Positions 13,903-28,063 of a stretch of DNA of 64,000 nt are shown here, in pieces; position 1 is the first letter of the stretch, and each line of letters opens with the position of its first letter. A program made the translations under genes and the position numbers. The stretch covers positions 5,580,001 to 5,644,000 of the forward strand of contig JBHGNT010000016.1 in assembly GCA_043228905.1 (NCBI GenBank), read 5' to 3'. The notes beneath the pieces were generated by a model. It saw only the letters and a program-made list of their open reading frames with translations. It was not told the origin of the DNA and searched no databases. The DNA is from Azolla caroliniana. Taxonomy: Eukaryota; Plantae; Polypodiophyta.

Positions 13903-16900
13903 TCATGACATGATCTCCAATGCTTCCCTTGATCTCCCAAGGATCTTCAAAACTGATGCGGCAATATGCGCAGATGTAAGACCGGCTTGTGCTAGTTGAT
14001 CGGCCGGAGCTCCATGCTCAATATATGCATCCGGGAGAACAATTGGTCTCCACTGTCAAAAGATAGACCAAACATGAATTGTTAAAAAGACCCATCAATA
14101 ATACATATGTGCGTATGTGCATGTATATAGGCATGAATACATACATACATGTGTATATATGTACGTCTACATATGTGCATATGTGTCTACACGTATGTGC
14201 ATGCATGTCATGCATATCTACGCGCATATGTATGTATGTATGTATGTAAGTAGGTATACATACAGTATGTGGTATGTATGTACATGTATATTTGTATATA
14301 TGCATGTATGTATGTGTCTGTATATATGTATGTATGCATGGTATGTATATATGGATGGATGGATGTGTGTGTGTGTGTGTATGTATGCATGTATGTAAGA
14401 CTGTACGTATGTACAAGGCAGAGATGATGGGCGACGGAAGAGCTGTACCTTGACATTCCCGTCCAAGAGTCCATCCAAAGACATGAACTGAGCCACATGT
14501 GATCCAAAACCTCCCACTGATCCTTCCTCTGCAGTGAAGATGATCTCGTGATGCCGGGCTAGTTCCCGGATAAGCTCCCGATCGAGCGGCTTGCAGAACC
14601 GAGCATCGGCCACCGTCACGGAAAGCCCGTGATTCTCCAACTGACTCCGAGCCATGAGAAGGTTCTGGACGATGGTCCCATAGCCAAGGAGGGCAACTCT
14701 TGTTCCTTCAGCTAATATCCTTCCCTTGCCAATCTGGTTGGGAGCAACAACATCGCCACATATGGAATAAGGTCCATGAATCATCGATGACAAAACTGAG
14801 GTTTTTCTATCTCACAGTAGCTTTGCATTTATGGCATTTGCTTACCTCTAAAGGAATCCCCTTGTTTCCGAGAGGGAGTTCCGTGCCTATGCCATTGCCT
14901 CGAGGATATCGGAAGCAACTCGGGCGGTCATCGATGGCGGCTGCAGTGGCCACCATGTGGAAAAGCTCAGTTTCATCGGATGGTGCCATTACAATCATGT
15001 TCGGAAGGCACGCCATGTATGCGACATCAAAGGCTCCACAATGTGTCGGGCCATCCGCACCCACGAGCCCTGCCCTATCCATGGCAAACCGAACTGGCAA
15101 CTTTTGAAGATCTACATCATGAACCACCTGAAGAAACCCAACAAAAGTACCCATTTTCAGCCCTCTACTTGAGCAATCATGGGCAACATAGATGGCAGTT
15201 TACTACATCATATGCATATAAAGTGTTTGTGAGAAAGTTTAGGATACGTGATCGAATCCTTTGCACGAGCAGCCAAGGGCTTGGGGAACTAGGGATTAAG
15301 TTAGGATTTAGATTTTGGGTTTTAGAATAAGTTAGAATGAGAGATGAATCCTTGACTAGACGACTTGAAATATGTATCTACATCTTGGACCAAGCACCAA
15401 AGTTAAGAATCCTTTGGCATACAAGTTAAGGCTTAGGATTCAGGGACAAGTAGACTAGGGTAGGAAGAGAGATGAAACCTTTGCAGGCACCTTAAATATA
15501 TGTGACCAAATCATGGACCAGCTAGAGAAACAAACTAAGATACTTATTCAATCTTCTGGTTGAAAAATCATGTGCAATGCAACTATATGAGATTAATGTA
15601 TCACAACCATGGAAAATGTGCTTCCAGGAAGCACCCCCTCCTGTTAAGCTCGATACAAGAATATTACGATCGAGAGGTGAATATTTTGCATATGAACTAA
15701 ATGTGTTGCCCAAGACAGTAATCCAGAGAAAATCCTAAAGTGGAGAGCGGCCGAAAATTTAAACCTGATCATATGCTCTTTGGAGAAAGGAAGAATAGAT
15801 AGCACAGAAAGGTTTCAATCCTTCACAAGCTAAACCAGCTGCGAAAGTGACACCGTGTTGCTCTGCAATGCCTACATCAAAGCATCGTTCAGGAAACCGT
15901 TTCTGAAACATGTTGAGGCCAGTGCCACCCCCCATTGCAGCATGAATAGCAATTACTTTAGAATCAGCTTCGGCTTCAGCAATCAATGCCTCAGCAAAGT
16001 AAGTCGTATATGGCTGGGTTAGGCTTTTTCCCTTGAATTGCTTCCCGGTAGGAGGATCAAATTTAACCACTCCTGCATCCAGAAAGGTAAAAAAAAACAT
16101 CCATATGATTTATGTGTTCATGTTGACAGAAAGGAATTATTCAGGCAATACTAACCATGATACTTGTCGGAAGCTCTTTCAGCATACGGATATCCACGCC
16201 CTTTCTCGGTAACAACATGGATCAAGACTGGGCCAGATGTGTGTGTATCTTTCACTTCATTCAAAATCGTCACGAGGTCATCAATATTATGGCCATCGAC
16301 CGGACCAATGTAATAGAGTCCAAGCTCTTCAAACAAAGTGGATCCAGAGCCACTTATCATTCCTCGAGCATATTCATCAACTTTGGCTGCTAGCGAGTGC
16401 ATTGGGCCTCCAATTTGCTTGGTAACACCCTAACAAACATTCACATACATTGGTTAAACCTATCATTTTTTTTCTACCCTGAAAATGTAAGGGTTGGATC
16501 ATGTGAAATAAAATCTGAAAACCCAACCTTTGCCACTTCTCGAAGTTCTCTTAGTGGTTTGCTTGATTGCAATCTACTCAGAGCACTGCTTAAAGCACCC
16601 ACTGGCGGTGCTGGGCCATCCAATGTTGCCGTAGGCAAAGAAACTTGTTTGTTGTCATTCAATATGACAATCATATTTGAATCGAGATACCCAGCATTGT
16701 TCATTGCTTCATATGCTTGCCCAGCAGTCATTGCTCCATCGCCAATAATTGCGACAACATGGTTTCTCTTCCCTTTGAGATCTCTCCCAACAGCCATTCC
16801 TACAAAACCATGAAACCTCTTTCACTTTCCTATATAATGCATTTGAACCAAGAGAATACCACATGAAGAATCAATGATGGTTGTGGTCCAAGAAAGCATG

Positions 16901-19182
16901 GTTGAGTGATAGCACAAGAGTTTTATTTGGCACAAGACTATTGGGGCGGGGTTGGAATAGCTGTTTGAAGGTGTTGAAAAGATGCTATTGAACAAATTAA
17001 ACTGTGAAATAGCTGTTTGACGGTATTGAAAAGATGAGATAAGAATTATATAATTTTTTGACTACCCCCAATTTTATTCTGCTTTGAAACTTGAGATTTG
17101 CAACATGTTGTTATTAGATGAGCTCAGTGAACAATTATTGAATAATCCAAATTAGTGTATCACCCAACCATGCTTCCACATATTAGAAGTTTTGGGTTTT
17201 GGGTTCCATCTATTACATATACAAATAGACATCATTGAAGATATGGTGTTGGAAGGACTTACCTAAGCCAGCAGATATACTGGTTGAACTATGGCCAGCA
17301 CCAAAGGCATCATGATCACTTTCTGCCCGCTTTGTAAACCCTGATAGGCCATTCGTCTGTCGAAGTGTATTCATTCTTGATCTCCGCCCAGTCAAAATCT
17401 TGTGCGGATAGGCCTATGTGGAGGAAAAAGGCATTAATCACTAGATGCCGTGCCCTAGTGAGGAAAGGAACTCTATATGCAAAATAGTAAGAAAGAATGC
17501 ACCATAGGTTGCAAGCCTTATAGGTGTATGTTTCCAGACCGTAGTTGCCAAATCATAGCCATCCGAATCATGGCCCTATCTACACAAAATAACCCACATA
17601 TTTATCCAGACCACAGCTATCAGTACTGTGGCACTACCTATTTGTACCAAGGTCCTCTGTCCAGACCATATCTATCCAAACCATAGCCATCTGAAATGTG
17701 GTTATCCACAAGCTAAGGGTCATATCACTGGCCTCACTGACTCCTTAGTAGATGATTATGAGCATGCTTGTAACCTCAATTGAAAAATGGCCATCTTACT
17801 CTCATCCATATCCTCAAAATGCATCCCATGTGATAATGATATAGTGCATGTAAGTACAGGATCAAGAGTGTATATGGATGGATGTATGGACACAGTGTAT
17901 GAACACACATGTTTGTATTAATTATGTACATATAAAAATGCATCTATGTATGTATATATATGTATGTATGTATATATATATATATGTGTGTGGATGGATA
18001 GATGCATGCATGCATGAATTTACCTGGTGTCCTACATCCCATAGGAATTTGTCTTCGGGGGTGTTGAACACATAATGGAGAGCTACAGTGAGCTCGACAA
18101 CTCCCAAGCTTGAGCCAAGATGACCACCTGTTTTCGACACGGAGAAGATAATATCCGATCGCAACTCGTCGGAAAGCTGTTTCAATTCCTACACTCAAAA
18201 TAAACCCACAAATCGAGCTAAAGAACATATGAATGATCCACTTCAATACTTGAAAATATCTCTTTCTCACAAGGACTTATACATAGTCCATTTTATTGTT
18301 GAAAGAGCCAAAAAATAAAAGTGCACTCTTCCATAACACACCTTAAGCTTCAAGTTCTTCATGTGTAAAGGATAATTTATTGTATCCAGAAGAGGTGTAT
18401 CAGGCTTCTCTGCGTAATACTCTCCTTTCTCTGTCAAGGCTCCAACAATCAAGCCCTGATTTCATAAACAACAAAACAAATCCTCATTCCACATATACTG
18501 CACGGATAGATTAGGATTTCGAAAATATGGCGTTATTAAGGTTAAGGTTTAACTGAACAACATTAGATTTTTCTAATATTCATAGGGCTTCCACAATGAG
18601 GGTTTGAGAGGTTACATTTTGCATGATTAGAGTTTATAAATTAGGGCTTTTCTAATAGCAGGGTTTGTATGATTTATAGGGTTTCAAAAGTTAAAAGGTT
18701 TGCATGATTAGAAATTACAACATTAGGGTTTCTAAGGCTAGGATTTGTAACATTATGGCTCGCAACATTAGGGTTTTCAAGGTTAACCTAAAACTTGCAG
18801 ATTCTAAACTTAGAAACCCTAACATTAATCTTGCAAATCCTGAAATTAAATCCCTAATTCTTAATCTTGCAAATTCTGACATTGTAAACCCCTAGAATTA
18901 ATCGTGCAAACCCTAACAGTATAGATCCTAATCTTTGAATTTGCAGGACCTAATGGTGGAAGCCCGTAGCTTTTTTTCAAAAGACAAAAGGATTAGGGGG
19001 GTATATCCACAGACCTCCATATTCGACCGTCTGAAAGCCTTGGTGGGCGGTTGTTTCTTGAGCTGCAATGGCGATCCAAAGAGATGAGAGGAAGCCAGGG
19101 ATACAGAAGAGGAGGCGCCCACAAGAGGATGAAGGCAGGGCTGGGGAGAGAGAGGAATGGCGGGGCAATGAGAGGCAGCCAT
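13903..19182 (-). CDS. DXS: 1-deoxy-D-xylulose-5-phosphate synthase, plastid-targeted, 10 exons, 722 aa. Exons: 19182-19015, 18455-18342, 18188-18024, 17413-17263, 16799-16528, 16429-16156, 16072-15765, 15127-14846, 14733-14449, 14052-13903.
   Basis: All introns are GT-AG and phases sum to 2169 nt. Motifs: [47 protein letters not shown] (TPP binding), [37 protein letters not shown]-terminal transit peptide. Confidence 0.97.
14100..14410. repeat. Alternating purine-pyrimidine (TA/TG/CA) low-complexity tract in DXS intron 9; similar tract at 17870-18015
   Basis: Runs of tatg, catg and tgtg. Confidence 0.85.
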
Positions 19183-19559
19183 GGAAGAGACAGAGACAGA
19201 GACAGAGAGACTCTAAAAGAAATCAAGGAATGGCTATGGAGTTACAAGTTAGGACAGTGAGAGAGGAGGAGGAGGAGGAGGCAAAGTAAGTGATCGATGG
19301 ATTGAGCTCCAAAGGAGATAGATTAGATTAGATATATATATACATACATACATACATATATATATCTATCTATATGCAGAGTCTTTTCCCCTTTCAATTC
19401 TCCTCCAATCAGAGATCTCTGCTCTCTGTCAGGGAAGGATTGCCCCCCTTTACTTAGCCTTATCTATCTCTCTTGGTGAAAACCACACAATTATATTAAT
19501 AACTGTGTGTTAAAAACACTGCATTCATACATACTTAAGAGTTAGAATGGGTATCATCG

Positions 19560-22500
19560 GACCAAAGTATGGTCCTACATCTATAACCCCAAAGGCATAT
19601 TCCCCCCCCGATCGATCGAAACTCTCCGAATGAAGACCTCCTTCGTTCGCTACACGTGACAATTTAGAATGCGAAACTACATTTTTTAAAGATATAACGT
19701 CCTGCCACCATCCATGATCACATCTGTGTATTCTCTCCCATTCTTCATCGGCCTTAGATGATAGCCATCCCAACGACTCGATGGAGCAAATAATACAGAA
19801 GATTAGAGTAAGCACATGTAATAATAATAAGAAGAAGAATAAATGGTGCTTGACCCCGTAAACACCGATCAAACCCTAAACCTCCCTTTGTTTGTACATG
19901 TAAAGGACCTTGCATTGATGCAATATTTTGATGTTGTTGCCAGATAAACCCATAAATAAGTGGGATTCTGATATTGTTGCTAGATAAACCCATAAATAGG
20001 CGGGATGCGTAATAATTGTCGCGCTTCGACAAGCTCCAAAATTCTTTGAGATGAAGCCTCAACTATATCTCCCACCTCTTTGACCCCCAAACAAAACAAA
20101 CAATTAAACTTAGAGCGCAATCTCTCCTTTCCTGGCCAACATAATAACCGAAAGACACGGGTAATTCTTTTTGCAAAGAATTACATTGCTCTCTACTAGG
20201 TGATGGTTTCCATACACATAACAAGAGGGCTTCTTGCCATGAGATAACCAAGTGTTGAACATATGAAGAGCCCGAAATCTTAAGTGAAATACATCCATTC
20301 AATAATTGCCACCATAAAGCCTTAATCGTTGTCCTCCCATGTGTTAAACCCTTGTTCTCAATTAAATATTGAACAATAGATATCCATGGTTGTGAGTTCG
20401 AACACATGTTTTGCAATAATGAAAATCTACGAGCCATCATATGCATAGATAAGTCCAATATTCTAGCCCCCCCCCCCGCAGGGTTTCTAGATGATTCCAC
20501 ACAACCCATGTGATTCCCACCTTATCCCTCTTCTTCCACAACAAATATCGAAGAGGTTACAAACCAGAATGCAAAGTCGTCTTTGTCTATAGCAACAATG
20601 GCAAGTAATATAATATCATAGGTTCCATAATACATTGTACAACATTCAAGCGTACATGAAATGGCCAAGATTGTGACTTCCAATACATGAATTTGCCCCT
20701 TAACCTACTAGACATTCATTCAATCAATTGACCATTTGTAACATTCATTCCTAATGGATTGCCGAAGTATCGAAAAATAGAGCCTTTCTTCACCATGGAT
20801 CCTTGTCATCCTAAACATTCCAAATCCCTTTGAGTGCATGATATGAGACTAGACTTCCTCCAATTAATATGTAATCCAGTAGCCAATGCGAATTGGTTCC
20901 ATACAAGCATCCCCTTCTTGAGATTCTCTCGTGAGGCTTGTAGAAACATGAAAGAATCATCTGCCAAAGCTTGTGCTACTAATTGCCCTCCAAACGGAAG
21001 GTGTAGACCCACAATGTCACCATTTGTTGCAAGCCTTGCTAGCATCACTAACAAGGGATGGGTAATAATAGCAAACAACAATGGGTTAAGAGGGCATCCT
21101 TGACGAATGGATATTGTGAGGGCAATATCTGATGTAACTCCCCCATTAAGCATTACTCGAGACACCACACCTTGTCCTAATAAAAATATGAGTCGAGACA
21201 TACGGTCCAAAGCCCATTGTATGCATTAACCCAGAAACAAAGGACCAATTAACATGATCATAATGCTTTCTCCAAATCCAATTGCACCATAATCAATTCT
21301 TGATGAGTGTTTCTCGCATAATCCATGGTCATTTGAACATTCAACACATTATGCAATATATTCCTACTTGCAATAAAACCATATTAGGCAGGATGTATCA
21401 ACTTTGGTGAATACTTTTGTAATCTATTTGGCAAGACCTTTGTAAATACCTTATACAACCCCCCTATCAAAGAAATAGGTCCCCATTGATGAAATGACTC
21501 CGAAGATGCTACCTTTGGAACTAATTTAATTAGACCAACTTTCCAAGCTTGAGGCATGCAACCAAAATCCCAACAATGTTGAAACATCAAAGTTAAGGGC
21601 CCCTTTGAAATGTTTGAATATCGCTTAAAAACTTCATTTGTCAAGCCATCCCAGTCAGGGCTCTTACCACTAGGAACATGCCTTAAATTCGTATCCACCT
21701 CATCCTTAGTGAAATCCGCATCCAATTCATGACTAATGAGGTCATGCACAATACATACATCCAACCACATCATAAAACTCATGACATGCCCTACTCACCT
21801 CGTTTTGTCATTAACAATTGTGGGCCAATCAACTCCTTAAAGTAATGAACACAATGTTAATTATTCTAGTTACAAGATCCACTATCAATTCATCCTCTTG
21901 CTTCACATGTATCACATTCGATCGAGCATAAGTAGGATGTAACGCTTGGAAAAACAAATGAGATTGACATTGATTATCTATTCGCATAACGATAACTTTG
22001 GCATTGCAACTAAGAAATAATAACCTGCAATTGACTTTGGATATCCAAAAATTCCTCATCTAATGGTACATGTATCAATAATGCATTAAACCTGGAAAGA
22101 ACTTGTGAGAATTGTCAAAGAAGACCTCTTCTTCGTTGAGCATTAGTTGCTCCATATATACGATGAATGATCTTAATGTTTCGTAACGTGATATCCCATG
22201 CTTTAATTCCTTTAAGATTCACTTCTTGTGAAAAATTTACCAAAATTTGCTCCATGAGAGAATCAAAGTGAGGTTGAAGCAAAAGAGAAGAGTTAAAGCG
22301 TAATGGAGACTTTCCAAGTAAGGATTTATACATGTCAATTGCATGACAACAAACCTCCAAACAAATAGGAAAGTGATATGAAGTTCCTACATCTTATAGA
22401 ACTGTCATATGAAGTGATATCGGTAAAAAAGAATCACAGTGCACCACATACATTCTATCTAGCTGACTCCATGTTTGTCTATGTTGAGCAGATTGGAAAG

Positions 22501-23320
22501 TAAAACCTAGATCATTCCCATGCAACCATGTCCAAACATCCAACTTCAAAATCTCCATAGCCAATGAATCCCAAGCAAGGTGCTTAGGATCATCCATGAT
22601 TGAATGTTCCGTCGTAGATTGAGATGCATCAACACACATGTTTAGATCACCCATAAGTAATATTGGATGACCCACACATATGGTATGGAGTGAGCCCCAT
22701 AATGCAATACGTTGAGTGGCTTGGTTAGGGGCATAAATCCCAATCCCCCACACAACCTCGCCCAAAAACGTGATTTTTAGAACCAAAAACCAACCATAAG
22801 GATCATTATGCACCACTTGAGGATAATATTTATCCCGCACGATTAATACCACGCCTTAATAATGATTATTAAGATGTCATGCATAGAATGATGAATATCC
22901 ACGCAAATGAACTGTGGATCCTACTAGCTCATGACACTTATGTTCAACTGCACATAATACATCCCATACTTTACTTAACAAAGTTTCCCATAATATATAC
23001 TTCTTATGAGGAGAACATGCCCCTCTCACATTCCATGTTACCACTTTCATTCAATCAACAGTGTTATGGGTGCACTTGCTCCTTTAAAGCAACCGATGTC
23101 ATGAAACTAGTCAAAGCATGTTCCAATGTTGCATATGGATTCTCATGCACCACATCCTTAGGGGTGTCTATCGAAATCTTTTGTTTACCTCCCTCCACTT
23201 GACGAAAACCTCAAGAATTCAATGAATTTACAACCCGTCTCAATTAATCAAATTGAAGGTCAAGGGGTACCACTATTTTACCTTGCACAAAGGAATCATG
23301 TGAAGAACCAACCTCCAGCA
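19560..23320 (-). mobile_element. Degenerate L1-type LINE ORF2 (APE endonuclease + RT)
   Basis: Endonuclease motifs IYAPN, MGDLN, LDRMYV (22394-22852). RT motifs KSPDWDGL..E, GPISL...YKVFTKVL.NRL, IRQGCPLNPLLF, LADDS (20806-21782), and AGGGARILDL. Many stops and frameshifts. Confidence 0.88.
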
Positions 23321-23934
23321 GTACCTTATGTATATATATATACTTAAAGAAATTAAATATTTCTCATGTTGTCTTTGAATGATCATCCAAACACTACAAT
23401 GGCACATTCATTAACTTGTACTCATATTGTTGATGAGAGTGAACGTGAAGACAAGTGGAGGAATTAACATTCATATGACCTCCTATAATGCCTTATACAC
23501 TATATTTTTTAGGAATGGATGTGTGCTTGTGTTACCTTTGGTTTGTTGTTGGTTGGTATTGATATCAACTCATGATGCCACAACATTGAAAAAAATCGTT
23601 AACATGCATCGTCATTGCCAATGAGGTTGAAGGATGGTTTATTTCAATTAGTTCATGATACCACGTAGTTGGTAGTGACGAGAAACACAAACTTGTATTA
23701 ATATTGCAAATGAAAAAAACCACAGTATCCATCGTGGAATCAAATGTCCCAATCAAATCGTAGAATGATAAATCGTCATTATTTGGAAAAGACACTACCA
23801 CATGAACAGAATCACCCTAGCATATTTCTATGAAAATAGATGATTGTGACTTTCCCAATAGCTAAACATGTGGTGTTTTATTTGCAACTCATTATTACGT
23901 TGTTTCCATGAATAATAAATTTAGTTGATGATTG

Positions 23935-24165
23935 ACATCTGGCAATGATGTCACAAACTTGGATAATTATTGTTACTGAGGTTGGATTAAAGGATCTATT
24001 GCGTGATCATATCTCTATTCTATGCATTTTCATGATCAATCAAGATCGACATCTAGCAATGATGTCACAAACTTGGATAATTATTGTTACTGAGGTTGGA
24101 TTAAAGGATCAATTGCGTGATCATATCTCTATTCTATGCATTTTCGTGATCAATCAAGATCGATA
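23935..24165. repeat. Two-copy 114-bp tandem repeat
   Basis: gacatct(g/a)gcaatgatgtcacaaacttgg...caatcaagatcga repeated with few substitutions. Confidence 0.9.
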
Positions 24166-24859
24166 CATATACCACCGATTAAATAAAAAATGGTTAACTT
24201 AAATTAGTCTTTATAGATTAGGGTGAGCCAATACATAGACTATTAGAGGAAATAAAACTCCATTTTGTACAATATCACACTCACTAATCAATAGATGAAA
24301 TAAATTATGGGCTTATATTGAATTTGTAGGCAAGGGTATAGACTATAGCCAAGAGAGTGATGAGAAATTACAACTTCATTATGTACCTTCAATAATTGAT
24401 TACATTACCACATGTTATTACCAAGAGACCACACGAGGAGTGAAAGCAATGGATACTGTAGATATTTACCACATGCAGATACTACGTAAATCTCAATAGT
24501 GTTTCAAAGAAATATATTCCTATTTTGCAATTTCTTGCCCTCAAAATTTTAAAGTATGATTTCCCTCATGTCGATGACACACAAATGTAGGGATATTTTC
24601 AAAAATATCTCTCACAGTGGGTCGTGTACAAAAGGTACCCTAATGGGCATGTTGACAATCATCATCAATACTGAGGTGGCTTTTGTTCCTATCCAATCAT
24701 TGGATTTGAATGTTTTGTCACAAACATGTTGCTTACTAATGGAGATTTGAGTTTTATGTATCAAAGAACATTGGTTGGTTCCGTCTTTTTTAAGATGGAA
24801 GAGTTAGAGGCTTACTTTTTACCAAATTCCCGTGTGAGTCATGGATGATGATCATGCTT

Positions 24860-24864
<5 letters not shown>

Positions 24865-24935
<71 letters not shown>
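24865..24935. repeat. (TC)n microsatellite. Other (GA)n tracts lie at ~28932-28979, 39213-39255, 39526-39607 and 40110-40207, and a (CTT)n-rich tract at 55679-55821.
   Basis: Read directly from the sequence. Confidence 0.95.
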
Positions 24936-24937
<2 letters not shown>

Positions 24938-25619
24938 TGAGATGTTAGAAGAGTGTCAACATGTGAACCTTACAATCTCTTGCTCTCTCTCTCTCATGTG
25001 ATAAGCTTGCACACATGCACAAATTTCCCATAACCATGTTATTAACCCAACAACAAAGCCATTCATGTGTTGTGACCGTATTGAAATTTGGAAACTAAAT
25101 CATTCAAACTTCAACGCATTAAAATATTATTGACAATTATGTTTGAGGTCTTTAATACTTTAAATATTATAATCTAGATTGTAGGGCGTGCCGCGTAACA
25201 GACACATGTATACATATACTTTGTTCTATACGGAAATCAATGTTCAAATATTGGTGCAAATAAGAGTAAACACAATATTACATGTTGAAATTGATATGAT
25301 ACAAAATAATGTGTTCGAGAGATATTCATATAAACACAAAGGTTGAACTAGTCGATTATCTATTCTACCATTATTTCATCCATTGGGGATTAATACGTCA
25401 ACACTAAACAATTGTTTAGTGTTATCACTGATATGAGTTCAAATGGACTTTAGGCATGGTCCATTGTTCAATAAATTGAAATGCTTAGTGAGCTTTGCAT
25501 GTGTTCATTGAATATTATAAATCCACATCAACCTAGTGGATTCACAAACATGACAATATCTCTATGAATTCATTCATAAATAATCTAATCCCCGTTTTCC
25601 ACCACCGACAGTATTCACT

Positions 25620-25890
25620 CAACTCCCATCAATGCCAAAGCTCAAGTTGTGATGGACTTGGTTAGCCCAATAACACACAAACTCTCTAGAAACAATGTTA
25701 TAGGTGGGTCTTCTCCAATCAAACTGTGCACAAGCGTCGTTATTGCAGGAGATATGGAGTGAAGCTATAGCCATGTTAAAGAGCCAATATGATGGCATCA
25801 TGAGCGGATTCGATGGAGCCGAAAGACAATGATTAGCCTTCATCCAACAATGGTCGCCCTCTCCCTTTCTTGAATTAGTGGGCCTCCACA
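25620..25890 (+). mobile_element. Possible LINE ORF2 C-terminal fragment
   Basis: One frame reads LLQEIWSEAIAMLKSQYD...LAFIQQWSPSPF, resembling plant L1 C-termini. No diagnostic catalytic motif. Confidence 0.3.
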
Positions 25891-28063
25891 TAAAATGAAA
25901 CTATCAAGTTCCTTCTAGGATTCGTATATAACATTCTCAATTCTAATATTTTATAACTAACGGAATAAGTTTTTGGGAAAAAAATCCTAATCCTTGAAGT
26001 ATGCTCATTCCAAACTTACAATCAATAAATGGCCATTCTTAACATCATTTTGGCCTTTATTAATGGTACCATCATAGTATTTTAGTTTGATAAACTCCCG
26101 TATTGTCACATGTTGAAAGACCAAAGCATTATTTGTAATGTCCTTATCGGACTATGGGAACACGTTGTTGAGATTAATAATAATTCAAATAATGACTTGA
26201 CTGGTTTCCTTTTCAAGAAAGTTTAACAAGCAAAGTCTCAGCTACAAGATTGTGTTTGTCCCCAAGAACAAGGCCTTGTATTGCACAATGAAACAATGCC
26301 TTCTTGACTTTTCTCAATGTATTTTAGCAAAAAAAAATCAGAAATATCCCCCAACGTTTCCTTATTGTTTCCTTGATGCCCTTGAAGTCTTATTATTTCT
26401 CCATACACCCTTTAGTCAGCCCTTGCCAGAGAATGCTATTTGAGATATTACATGGTCAATTCATCCCCACCTCCTAATTACATTGTTATTTGAGCAAATA
26501 TTTGGTCACTTTATCCCAAATTTCTCTTTTTCTTCTTCTAGGGTATCATAGGAAACTTGTTTTATTTATACATAAATTTTAACAAATGCAATCAACTTAA
26601 ATGCTTTGAAAGATGTATGCCCGAACTAAATGAGTTTACATTCGTGTTGACCCACAATAATAGAGAGAGAAATTTTTTATAGACATTAACTTTATGTGTG
26701 TTCATGAGGTCTTTCTTCTTCATATCATCTAGATTTGTTACAAACAAACCCCAAATTTATTGTTTGTTTTAGTAAAATTATGCATGCGAGGTTGGGATAC
26801 TTGTGATCGATACTGTAACATGGACACGAAGGTGATTATACTTTTATAAAGACATAATATAATGTTTTAATTGTATGAGATTGCTTTAATAATCGCAAAC
26901 ATATTGATCTAACATCCACCTTGATAATGACCATATGTGGCATCTCTTAATATCACAAAATGGCAATGTGTTGTAAAAGGGAGCTACATGACATCAAATC
27001 ATGTTACTGATGAGCACACAATTCCAACTCACAGTGACGTTTGTTACTCATCTTTTAATTTGCGTTACAATGAGTCAATGTCGTCCTGCCATTGAAATAT
27101 CAATCATTGGATGCAAACGATTCAATGGGGACAGTGAAGTATCATCCTTGCAATGACACCATTTTATGATGAATTGAAACCATGTGACTTGAGCAATGTG
27201 TCCCAACATTATGTGCTAAATAAAAGAATGAATACAAACCACAAAAACATTACTTTTAGTACATGGAATAATTAGATTTCGAGTCTAGATTATGATCGAT
27301 TGTGTTGTTGTCGACCTCCCTTCCATGCATTAATATTTATTTAGTGCAACAAATTTATATGGACCCAGTTTTAAAATAATAGTTTGGAAGATTTCAATAG
27401 TGTCGGAGGCTTTAGATCAAAATCAATTTTCCTATGGGTGCTTTATGGTACGACCACAACTTATAAAAATGTCCAACTTCCTTTTAACATGTTCTGATCA
27501 TATAATTTACCCTAAATTTCATTAAATTAGCTCTATGACAAGTTTATCAAGTTCTTGGTGCATAAAAAACCTCTAAGTATGCTTAATTTAACCTTAAATA
27601 GAGATTTGAGGCATGACAACATTACACTTACCCTCATGTTTCCATCAATGAGGCATTTTCCCTACCATTGCCTTTTGCGAGAAAAATGTCATCTACTCAC
27701 TTGAGAATAAAATTGTCCAAGGGCACAAGGCAACACCTAAGACAAAAACATGCCCTTCTACTTATTTAAAAATGATGAGTAGTCTAAAGGTTAAGTTGTT
27801 CAAGAGTAGATATGTATCGAGAGAGAGAGAGAGTACAATGGTAAGGCTATGGAATTGTTAACATGGAGGTACAAGGTTTGAATCTTGCCTTGTGCATGTT
27901 GCATGTAACATACATTTAATGCTTTTGTATCCAATGGTAGACATGGAGTGAAACATATGTACGAAAGTTGAAGGGAGTACTAATGTGGCAATTTTCTTTA
28001 TTAGAGCAAGTGGAAATTCAACATGTTCCACTACCCATGTAGTGTAGTTAGTGGGTAACCATT

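Noticed and set aside
14018-14507. His/Tyr/Ile/Cys-rich ORFs
   Set aside because: Translations of a TA/TG low-complexity intron tract of DXS.
3226-19182. PRS and DXS as a plastid metabolic gene cluster
   Set aside because: They act in different pathways, and adjacency of two genes is not evidence of co-regulation.
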